Below are positions 37,281-47,707 of a stretch of DNA of 64,000 nt, in pieces. The position numbers and the translations under genes are program-made. Within the stretch, counting starts at the first letter, position 1; every line of letters begins with the position of its first letter. The notes under the pieces are model-generated. The model was not told the DNA's origin and searched no databases. It saw nothing but the letters and a program-made list of their open reading frames with translations. Source of the stretch: Guillardia theta CCMP2712 (taxonomy: Eukaryota > Protista > Cryptophyta); the NCBI RefSeq assembly GCF_000315625.1, contig NW_005434650.1, positions 571,069-635,068 of the forward strand, given 5' to 3'.

Positions 37281-39924
37281 ATGAGGTGGCAGAGACATGT
37301 AAATTGGAGCATTCTTTGTGTGATCTTGCACTCGATGGCGTACTCGACTTGTTGGGGGGCGAGATTTTGTCAAGATGCCGAAAGGAGGACCTCTCATGGG
37401 TTCATGGGGTTTCAGTCCAGCCCCTCCCTGGGATCTCAGGTGAGATCAGCACTCATCCCTTTCGCTGTTTGAAGCTTGTTGCAGGGATGTCTCTCAGCGA
37501 CAACGCACAAGTATCTCTTATCCCATCTCGATCTTTGATCGCCCTTTGCTGAACTTTCTCTTTCCGTTTAGGATCCTCCCATCAACATGCGTTTCGAGCA
37601 GAAGGCGTGTTGCGCGTCGGTTGAACTCGAATGATTTAACTTTCCATTTACCAGGAGACCCTTTGTTGTGTGTACAGCGAAATCCGAGAACAGGTAGAGT
37701 CTTCTTTGCAGTTGGATTGCGATCATTCAGTGACGGTTCAGGCAATTGCCATGGCGCATCGGAGGATGCAGCAAGATTCTTCGAGCTGCAGATCAGTCAG
37801 AGGTAGTCACAAGCACCTCCATCTGCTCCCGTGATTGATGCTGTCCAGATCTTCTACAGAGTACGTGAACGCCAGGTACAAGAGATTGCGTGGGGGCCTC
37901 TGGAAGAATTGGAGAGCGAGTTGCTTCCAAAGGAAGCTCAGTTAGAAGAGGTCTATACAAGGCTGCTTTCATCCAAGTCGCTGATCATGAGATAAAAGAT
38001 GAAGCTCAAGTATGAAGAGACAGAGAATGAAATCTTTCGGAGCCAAATCTTACCGCTGGAAGTCAAAATCAGACCTCTCAAGGTAAAGCACTACACGTAG
38101 AGATTCATGAGTAAGCGTTCGTCCCTCGTGAATAGGAGAAACAAAAGCAGCTTCTGAAACTGAAAAGGAAGGGTGAAAGAATCCTTGGGGCCATTCAACG
38201 GCTCAAGAAATCCGCTGTTGAGAAATACCAACCCGAAGGTAGTTTTCTTGCACACAATCGTTGGAGTTCACTGCAGTCCGGACAGGTGAACACGAGGTCT
38301 ACCTAGCTGGAAGAAATGAGACAGTCACGGCAAAAATGAAGAGAACGTTTGGATTTGCTGCAGAGTGATGTCTTGAAGGTGTTGAAAATTGTCTCCTGAT
38401 CGAATGAGCAGGCCAGGAGTGAAATTGGAAGCGAATATAGATCCAAAGATGGACGTGAGTTACAGAGGATTTAAGACCCTGCATGAAATTTCTTCCAGGC
38501 GATTAGTATTGCAGCACAGTGGGCCACTGAATACCCTGGTAAGATTGATGCTGATATCGCGATCTGACTCGCTGGACAGGACAACCGATATTTATCGATG
38601 ACCATCTGTTTTCAAGTAATCCAAGATCACTCCTTTGCTCTGCCCCTGATTTTGATGTTTTCAATGACCAGGAATCCTCGTGGGTTTCTCTACTCCAGAC
38701 GAAGGGTTCACAAAAGTCTGTGCTGTTGCAGAATGGTCCTCGAACTCTGTCGCGAGTAAACCTGATCCTGAAGGCAACAGGAAGGGAGAGGCAAACTCAG
38801 CGGAGGCGCAGAGGAAGTACGAGGGTGTGCTCAATGCCATGAGAGCAGATGGACTGAAGCCACTTGAGGAGGTTCGTTCAGACTCTGTTCGGATGGAGTT
38901 CATGGGATCTGACCTGAGAGCAAGATCGTCCGCACAACCTGTAACAGCAACACAATACCAATATTTCGACTTAACGAGCTCTGGGTCCCTCTTGATGTGA
39001 ATTTGATCTTGTGTTTACCAGCGTGTTGATGGACTTGTGTAGCCACCACGAACGGCAGAAGAATGGCTTGAACTCGCTCGTATTCTCAACCTCTCTGATT
39101 CCTTGCGGCTGATTGTTTACCAGCCAAGGTTTGCAGCGACATGCCTGCAAAAAATTCAACAATTTATTCTATCAAGGTTGCTTTGCGATGCAATGGAGTT
39201 TGGTCTGACTGACTGAAGGATTGCCCCTGGGCATGGCCTAAGCCCCTCTTGTGGGAGGAGGACCCTGATGTAGACGAGGAGGGAAGCATCGCATGGAAGT
39301 CGACATCTGCTCTGGTAGTTGAATGATTGTGGTTTGAATTGAGCTGATGAGATTGTTGCACAGAATCAGAATACTTTCACAATGACAGTCTCCCGCCCTA
39401 CTGAAGGGTTCTGCTACACTTTTCTTGGATGGTCATTTGACGCGATGTACACAGATGGGCAGTCGCGTTTGATCAGTTCGAGACAGGAGAGTTCTCTTTG
39501 ACGAGGTTACCATAAGAGCCTCTCGACGACCCTAGGACCTGACAGCTTCTCCTTTTCTATCAGAGTTCGTGATGAAGTTTATGAAGGCGACTCGTTGCGG
39601 ACGTTTGCGGTTGCCAAGCTCGACTGGCCCATCACTAATGAGGTGAGACGCGTCTGTCAGCCCTTATTGCAAATGAGTTCTGCCGTGAAGAGCGTCCAGC
39701 GTGCTCGACGAAATTTATTGAAGGAGCTGGAGCAGTCAAGGTCTTAAACATTCGCTTTCTGCCGTCGGAGAAGGTTTGAACGTTTCCTCCAGCAAGGAGG
39801 CTGTCGACCCTGCGGCGTTCAGGATCCTCTTCAAGCCGGGAGGTGCGTGGCGTGTCCAAGCGTTTCAAGTCTCTTCTCACCTCAGCTGGCAGACCTGGTG
39901 GAGTTGCTCATCGAGTACGAGTAG
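37281..39924 (+). CDS. Hypothetical multi-exon protein(s) with signal peptide and coiled coil
   Basis: Many short open exons with GT-AG borders (MRWQRHVNWSILCVILH..., EKQKQLLKLKRKGERILGAIQRLKK, GILVGFSTPDEGF..., FYEGDSLRTFAVAKLDWPITNE). Could be two genes. Confidence 0.45.
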
Positions 39925-40049
39925 ATCGGACCGGGACCGTCAGACGACTTTTGCCTGCCCGCCTCAGGCGAGGGCGGGTAAGGCAGACTGGCTTGTAAGG
40001 GCTCTACACATAAAGACCCATTACTGCCCTCCCCTACACACTCTCTTCC

Positions 40050-41293
40050 ATGGTCCTTGCTCGCTGGCTGCTTGCCGCTCTCATGGTGGGAGAGGTCGGG
40101 GGCTTCATGTCGGCTGTGCGGTCCTTGTCGTCAACAGGGAGACAGGAGGCGAGGATAGAGACGGTCAGCGAGGGATGGAGGAAGGGATGGAGGCTGGGGA
40201 GCGAGGGGAGGAGAAGACGGCTATCGGGGAACGTCGTTACCAACTTGGTACCTCTTGCCTGACCCCCAACTCCCCGGCATCTTTCTGATGAGCTTCTCAT
40301 CAGTATGCCGTCAGCTCCTTTACCAACCCGCAGGATATTCTGAGCAAGGCAGCAGAGGTGCGAGCTGACTGAGCTCCCTGTTGACACGTGACGTGGGTTT
40401 CTTGAGCTCAGCTGGGGTTGAAGCTGAAGATGAAGTCCTATGGGAGGGTAGAGGTACATGTGACGAGCTCGCCGGGGTGAGAAGACAACATCTTGCTGCT
40501 GTCTCCTCCTTGACTTCTCCTTCGCAGGAGGATCCTGTCCGGCAAGGTGGACGCAGTTCAGGTGAGGTCGTGTGTGTGGAGGGCGAGGGTCCGTCAAGAT
40601 CACCAGGTGTCCGGGAGAGCATGGGAGTCCCCCCTCAGTCTGACGTGCAGGATGATCGACGTGGCTGTGGGAGATGCAGCGGTGGACTTGATGGGGCTGG
40701 TGCAGGTGACGCCTGACGTGATGGTTGGCTGCTTTTGACGGCAGGTGAGCAGAATAGAGAGATACGAATGCTCAAGACGGCCCGAGGATCAGCTGTGGTG
40801 TACTTTGACAGCAGGTAGGATGGGGGAAGGGAGGGAGCTGGAAGTGGAGGAAGGAGATGATTGAGCGATGAGCAGGGACTGGGGAAACTTTCTCTGCCAT
40901 CCCCTTGTCGCGTCAGCAAGGCTCGGGGACGACGATCAGTTCGTCTTCAGACGCGTCGGCAAGGCGAGTAGCTGAATGAGAGGTGAAGGTTCCTTGAGAT
41001 GATGTTGCTTGCCACGGGCAGGTGGATACTAAAGGGGGAAAGGCTACCTTCAGCGGAACATACAAGGGTTGTGCGATGGGCGAGGGGAGTTTGATGATTG
41101 ACTTGTTGTACCTCAGGACAGCAGTTCGACCTTTACTTGTCCAAGGATGGTGCAGGAGAGCTCATTGTTGGAATAGAGAATGTCTGTGAGAAGATTTGTT
41201 ATACCTCCTGGTCTGAACTTTATCTGGAAGGATTTGACGTCAACAACAAAGACCATGACGACTGCGACAGCGTCATACTCTACAACAACATCC

Positions 41294-41333
<40 letters not shown>

Positions 41334-41774
41334 AAGCAGCCACTACATCAGCAACAGTATCAACGATCGATCTGTGCCAGTGAGTGCTTCTTGAATAATC
41401 ATGCTTGACAGATGCTTGTCTGATTGACATGCGGACGCAGAAAGCTCAAGGTTTGGTTTTCAAACCTCGAGATCAACTTGGACGGCGCAAGGTGAGCGAG
41501 CGGTTTTCAGATATTGTCATTCATCGCATTTTCAGGTTTCGATTCAAGAATTTGCAGTTCGCGCGATTCGGTGAGATGAGAAATCGAGAGGAGAGGAGTG
41601 GAGAGGAGCGGAGAGGAGAGGAGAGGAGAGGAGAGAGGAGAGAGGAGAGAGGAGAGAGGAGAAGACGTTTCTTTACAGAATGACTCTTCTTCCTCTCTGT
41701 CTGCAGACAATCTCGTCCTGGAGCTGGACATCGCAGTGGACAAGTTCCCCAATCCCATCACGACGACGTTCTGA
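40050..41774 (+). CDS. Probable plastid-targeted DUF2993/LmeA-like protein
   Basis: MVLARWLLAALMVGEVGG-F presequence. Exons DILSKAAE, LGLKLKMKSYGRVE, RILSGKVDAVQ ... DNLVLELDIAVDKFPNPITTTF*. Family call from resemblance only. Confidence 0.45.
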
Positions 41775-41802
41775 AGTCAAACAGCACAGGATCAAGTCAC
41801 CC

Positions 41803-44800
41803 TTACTTCCTCTGCCAGCAGCTCCTCTTGTTCGTCATGATCTGCCATGGAAACAAGTGTAAGATGGTTACTGTCTCCCTCCCTCGCTCCCTCCACCTTG
41901 AGTACGCACGTCCCCTCGTTCACGACGTCCGTCTTCTTCATCAGCTTCCTCTGAACCGCTTGTTGTCAACACTTGCTACCCTCCTCCTCCTCATTCCCTT
42001 TTCCCTCCTCCTCCTCTTTCTCCTGCTCGCCTTCCTGCTTCAAAGATCCTCCTCCTCGTCCCTCTATTTCCTCTCCCCCGTCCTCCTCCTCCTGTTCCCC
42101 TCCTCCTGTCTCCCCTCCCCCCTTTCTCGTCCTCTTCCTTCCTGTCCTCTCTCGTCACCTGCTCCTGGTCTATCCTGCACTCCGCCCGGATGAAATCTCC
42201 GGATATCATCTGAGAGGAGGAGCTCAACTTCACCATTCCCTCCTCCCTCCTCCTCACCTGCCATGGCGGCCGTTTCATCGTCTCATACACGTCCTGTACC
42301 GAGCTCCCTGCCATGGAGGGATCAGCCCGGTCGGTCGGTCGCTCCTCCTTCCCCTCACCCGGCTTCATCACGATTACGTCGCGCAGAATGTGATCTGAGC
42401 CTGCTGCACAAGTCGAGAACCAGCTTCCTGCGACCCCGAGACTTTCTTGCCGCTGCAACGAGCTTGAGGATGGGCGAGGAGAAGGAGCAAGGAGGATCGA
42501 GGAGGAGAAAGTGAAGGAGAAAAAGAAGGAGTGAGGAGAAGTAGTGAGGAGGAGGAGGAGGAGCGCGGAAGAGCGAGGAGAGAGGAGGGGGAGAAGAGAG
42601 GAGGAGCGAGGAGCGAGGAGCGAGGAGCGAGGAGGAGGTGGAGGTGGAGGCACCTGTACGGGTCCCTCACACCGACAGGTCTCCAGGTCAGCCACAGGGA
42701 ACACGAGGAGGGGAGGGCGAAGGTGAACGGCAGCGTTGACGAGCTCAAGCACTCCCGTAGACCCTCCCAGATTCGCCATAACGTCCTGCACCCACCGCAG
42801 CTCCTCCCCGAAGGTGGATAAAGGACTGATGACGTGGACATGGCGGGAGCCAGGACTGTAGTCGACCCTCCCCTCCCGTCGCCACCGAGAAAGTCTGAGC
42901 TCGGCGAGAGCGCTGACTCGAGCATGCGGCTCCTTGTCGTACCTTCGCAGCAGCTCCTGCACGTGCCCCTCCGAGTCCGGGTGGTCGCACTTGTTGAGGG
43001 CGAGGAGGATGGGGAACCTGACCCGGAGGAAGTGAGCGACGAGCCGGTGAAGGTCGATGGGCATCCAAAGGCGGAGCTTAAGGGGAAGTATCAGCAGAGC
43101 CAAGGAAGAAGAAGGAAAAAAAAAAAGAGACGAAGACAAAAGGAGAAGGGCAGAGACGTCCGAGGAGAGGAGAGAGGAGAGAGGAGATGAGGAATGTAGA
43201 GGTAACGAAAAGATTTTGGGAGCATAGAAGAACGAAAAGAGGAGAAAACAAGGGGCTGGTGGAGAGGTGGCAAGAAAAAGATTTCAAGAATCATGAAACT
43301 CACTTCCTCCGACGATATTGTCTTCAGATCAACTCCCATCCTCTTCAGAGCTGCTGCGGCTACCGCGCGAGACGCATGGTAACCGCTGAGCAGCTCGACC
43401 AGTCGATCGACGCCGAGCCGGACGACGGAGGCCCACTTTGCTTGTATGTTGTTGTAGATCCAGCGATGGATCTCGTTTCGTACCCATGCCACGTCATCAC
43501 TCGGTCTGTAGACATCCTGCTCCTCCTTTGCCTTCTCCTCTCTTCTCCCGAGCCCGGAGAAAGAAGCTTCCGTCGGGTTGCCGCCTTTGTCAGTCCCTCC
43601 CGACGCGTCCACCACATGGATCAGCACGTCTGCTCCACACAGGTCGTTGAGGAACGCGTTCCCGTGCCCTCTGCCCTGGTATGCCCCAGGCACAAGACCA
43701 GCCACATCGATCACCTGGATCGGCAATAGCCGCTCGCCGTTTCCAGCGAAGCCATGGGCAGGCGTCATCGTGCCCTCTACATCCTTGGCAGGGGAGGGGC
43801 AGGGGACAGTGAAGTAGCCCTGACCTGTGTTGGGAAGGATCGTCGTGAAGGGGAAAGACTCCATCCTCGCATCGTCCTCGGGCCTGACTGGGTTGACAAG
43901 GGCGTTGAAGAGTGTTGACTTGCCCGCTGACGGCTTGCCGACCAGACCTACCACGAAGTTCCACTGCCCTCCCTTCCCCTCAACCTGATTATGATGCTCA
44001 TCGCTCAACCTGTGGAGATGATCGTACTTGGCTGCGTCCTCGCTCGCCTCCTCCACAAGACCCTCGTCGTCCCCGGCGTCCTCCTGGCCACTAATCAGCA
44101 GTCCAGCCAGCCCTTCGAGGTTGCTGGAGTCAGTTGCAGCTTGTTCAGCTCGCTCTCCGCTGTCAGGTGCTGCAGACACCTCAGGAGGATGGTTGAACAT
44201 CCATTCCTTGACGACGTTGATGACGTCAAAGATCATCGGGTTCCCCTTGCTGCCCTCGCACTCCCCCCGAATGCGGTCGAACATGGCTGGGTCCACCTGC
44301 TTCAACCCCTTCACCTCTACCTTGGGAATAGCCTCGTCTGGATAGTCCTTGGGGAGGAGGATCTTGACACTGACAAGAGCATCCACCTCGGACAGGCGGA
44401 CATGAACCATCGGGGGCTCTAGGCAGGACTCCAAGACGTCATCGCCGAAAATGGCGGCTACCGCTTCAAGCTCATCCTGTTGGCATGCTGAGGCTGCGAA
44501 GCAAGGAGCGTCGCTCTCCTCCTCGGGCTGCATCTGTCTGCGCAAGAAAGCCTCATACACGTCAAGATCCGCGGCCTTGCAAGGGAAGATGTGACTGTGG
44601 TTGTGACAATGGCTCTCCGCTCCCTTGAACAAGGACGACAGTCGTTGGCTCTCCTCCACCGTGACAGCCTCGTCCTCCGTACCCATTATGTGAAGCGACG
44701 GCACCTTCAGCTCTCCTGCAAGACCTGCCTCCTCCACCGCGCTCGTGGCGTATCCTCCAGAAACCATGATGAACCGCAAACTTCTCAACGGATGGCCCAT

Positions 44801-45169
44801 CGGCAGTCCAGCAGCCTTTGCTGCAATCTCTGCCGCCAGAGCAGCTCCCTGGGAAAACCCAACGATGCCGTCGAACCTCGTCCCTTGGAAGGCATCCTCC
44901 ACCTCCCTATGAGCTGCTCCCCCCCCTCCCCTCTCCTTCCGACCCCCTCCGTTCCACCAGCATCGCATCGGGACCATCTGCCCCTCGGATAGAGGCAGCT
45001 CAACAGGCCCATCGAGGAAGTGGAAGTCGGCGAAGCTCTGACATCTGGCAGTAAGAGGAGAAAGCCTCTGAGAGAAGATCTCCCCGCACTGCTGGCTGCC
45101 ATGCAGGCAAAGCACTTGCAGCCGCCCTCCCGCCGGCATGGCCTCCCCGACACTCCTGTCGACAAACAT
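41803..45169 (-). CDS. FSH1/OVCA2 serine hydrolase - RWD - Obg-family (Ygr210/archaeal-type) GTPase - TGS fusion
   Basis: Hydrolase: LCLHGSQQ, GFSQG, GTEDEAV, HSHIFP. RWD: QQDELEAVAAIF..LPKDYPDEAIP..GNPMIFDVI. GTPase: G1 GKPSAGKS, G2 FPFTT, G3 DVAG, G4 NKCD, G5 VSAL. TGS-like end MKPGSSVQDVY..GDFIRAE..VLKIMTNKRSCWQRK*. Confidence 0.9.
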
Positions 45170-45337
45170 CTTCAATTCTCAGTGTCCGGCCCGGGCCCGG
45201 CCCGGGGCCCTGAGCCCGACCGAAACTGAGGCCACCGCAGTAACGAGGCGATCATCGGATGGCGAAATCGATCAGTTGAGAGTCATCAATCTACTTCATT
45301 CACATACCAACATATCAACTGCATACTCTGTGCTCAC

Positions 45338-46822
45338 TCACGCTGTGCTCGGGAACGACACCATGTCTGCTGGAATGTGATTGGGACATGTTTGCCGCAG
45401 TACCTCCATCGCATCCTGTAGCTCTGACGCTGACATGCACTCTCCTTCTGATATCTGATAATTCCAGCCAAATTTCCGACCACACTGATAGTCAGAGCAC
45501 GTTGCTGCAGGCTGGTACCTCGGCTTGTTGAAGATTTGTTTCATCTTCTTCCCTATGCTTGTGTCTGGAGCTCTCCCGTCGTAGAGGAAGTTGTCCAAGG
45601 TCTCCACCGAAGACCCTCCGGCGATCCCATTGTAGTCCAAGCATATGTACTCGCTCGCGTCGAGGTGTCGAAGCTGAGCGACCAGGTCCAAGGCTGCCGC
45701 CCGAAGCCTCTGAGCTTGTTCGTTCCAGGGCCTGAAGTTGCGCTTGATCGAGCAAGAGCAGATGATGCTCAGCGCGTCTCGGATCAAGACGACCACCTTG
45801 AAGTTAGCCTCCGATCGCCGCATCGCCTTGACAAGCTTGGCCACGTCCGGCGTTCTTTCGCTTGGGCCTGCGTAGTTGGGGTATGAGAGCATTCCCGTAG
45901 AGCAGCTGGAGCTATGCTCTAGTCCGCTCAGGAAGTAGAAGGAAGGAGAATGCTGCCTACGCCGAGAGCGTCTGACAATCTCAGCGATCGCAGAGCTCGC
46001 CGTCCTTGGGCTTCCATGCCACCTCACGTTGAAGAGACCGTTCTGACCCTGCTCGTTCCAGAGCAGACACGTCATATGCACGGCTTCGTGGTCAGTGCGG
46101 ACATGAGGGTGATTCTTGCCCAGCTGATCGATGAGATGATGTCCAGTGCCTTCTACTCCTGCCCAAAACACAAACACCGGCCCACCTGACTTGCCTCCGC
46201 CCACGGACGGCCTTTGAAAGCTCTTGGTGAGGAGAGGGCTCAGGCTTATCCTCCGCCGGACCACCTCGGATGCTGCAGCAGCCTTGAAGGTCCCCGTGGT
46301 GTTAGACTGCAGCGCTTGACCTGCGAGCAGAGCAGAGCTCGAGGCTCGTCTGTCTGCGGTGCTGAGGTTGTAGGACGAGGAGCTGTTCTGCATCTTGCTA
46401 GAAGCGTTTCGTGGGTCCGGGGCTGCTCCTGCTAGCCTGGAGACTCCTTTCTTCATGCTCGAGAGCAGCAAGATGTCCTCCACTGTCAGCCTGGAAATCA
46501 CTTTTTTCCATTTCATGACGTTCAGTCCATTCGATGTCAATGAGAGGTTGTGCACGTAGGTAGAGATGTTCAGCAGGGACGAGGTCGACAGAACAAGCCG
46601 AAACTCCTCTCCCACGTTTGCGCTACCCTGCCCGATCATTGTCGGATCTTGTTGCTGATCGAGCGAAGGGCTGTTTGGAAAACAAGAATGCATGCAGCTT
46701 ATCAGGAGATCTCGCAGAAGCATCCCACAGATCACTGCCAAGACAAGGCCTGCGTTCCTTGCGGTGCTGACACCTGACGCTTTCCCAGGCAGAACGACAT
46801 TCTTGCTATTCTTGCTGCGCAT
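45338..46822 (-). CDS. Type II membrane sulfotransferase-like protein, copy 2 (inverted paralogue, 494 aa)
   Basis: Near-identical to 35221-36708 with the same motifs. Confidence 0.7.
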   Translation of the reverse strand: MRSKNSKNVVLPGKASGVSTARNAGLVLAVICGMLLRDLLISCMHSCFPNSPSLDQQQDPTMIGQGSANVGEEFRLVLSTSSLLNISTYVHNLSLTSNGLNVMKWKKVISRLTVEDILLLSSMKKGVSRLAGAAPDPRNASSKMQNSSSSYNLSTADRRASSSALLAGQALQSNTTGTFKAAAASEVVRRRISLSPLLTKSFQRPSVGGGKSGGPVFVFWAGVEGTGHHLIDQLGKNHPHVRTDHEAVHMTCLLWNEQGQNGLFNVRWHGSPRTASSAIAEIVRRSRRRQHSPSFYFLSGLEHSSSCSTGMLSYPNYAGPSERTPDVAKLVKAMRRSEANFKVVVLIRDALSIICSCSIKRNFRPWNEQAQRLRAAALDLVAQLRHLDASEYICLDYNGIAGGSSVETLDNFLYDGRAPDTSIGKKMKQIFNKPRYQPAATCSDYQCGRKFGWNYQISEGECMSASELQDAMEVLRQTCPNHIPADMVSFPSTA

Positions 46823-47707
46823 CTAACAGATAGCCCTGCTGCACCAGCAGCGACAGGAGAGGTGTTGATTGGTTAGCTTTGCCTGCTCGCTGGTGGAGAA
46901 GGGCAATGGATCTCGATTTTCTCTGTCCGAATCAGAATCGATGCTGAAGAATATTGGAGGATGAAAGGAGAGTAAGGAGATGCGGCGAAGTGGTGAGGAG
47001 AGGAGCGGGGGCTTGCGGAGAAGGGGGGGGGGAGAGAATCGCAAGGCTGCGAGGGCAGCAGGAGCGTGAGGATCTTTCCCACTTGTTGCCTTGTCGGGGA
47101 AACTCAGAACCCTGTCTGACCACCCCAGGTGCGTCATCCCAGAGGGGTGGGGTGATGTGGGTTCCAAACTAGGGTAGTCCGAGCGTTGGGGTGCAACATT
47201 TTGTAGGGTGGGGGTGATGATGGATGGGGTTCAGGGGCTAGGGGGGTAGGGGTTGACTTCCTCTCTTCGTCACGTCCCTCACTACAACGCCTGCACCAGT
47301 GCGAATGGCCTTCCCTAGACTGCACCAGTACCCCTCCTTCGAAGCCATCCACAAAGGGTGGTGCGCAGATGAGCGAGGGGTGGTCAAAAGATAGGGGGCA
47401 CGTAGGAGGCCTACGAGCAAGGGGGTAGGGGGTTGGGGATCGGTGCAGCACTTGGTAGTGTCGTGGCGCATAGGGATACAGGGGTGGTACACGGAGAGGA
47501 GGACGGAAGGGTAGGGGTGGTGATGAGGCTGTTCCATTATAAGAGGCTTTCAACCTTATCTAAAACTCTCCCCAGATTTTTTTACTTATTGACTGATATG
47601 ACTAAAAGTTTGTACCCAGCCGGGTGACTTTTGTTGAGAGAGTACAAGTCTGTGATCGATGTATCGATGTATCGGCCTGATGACTGAGCAGAGGCCTGGT
47701 CGGCAGG

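Noticed and set aside
41296-41340. (CAGCAA)n as a coding repeat or array
   Set aside because: Simple microsatellite, probably intronic
35221-46822. Composite transposon bounded by the inverted repeats
   Set aside because: The repeats are enzyme ORFs; no transposase, TIR or TSD seen
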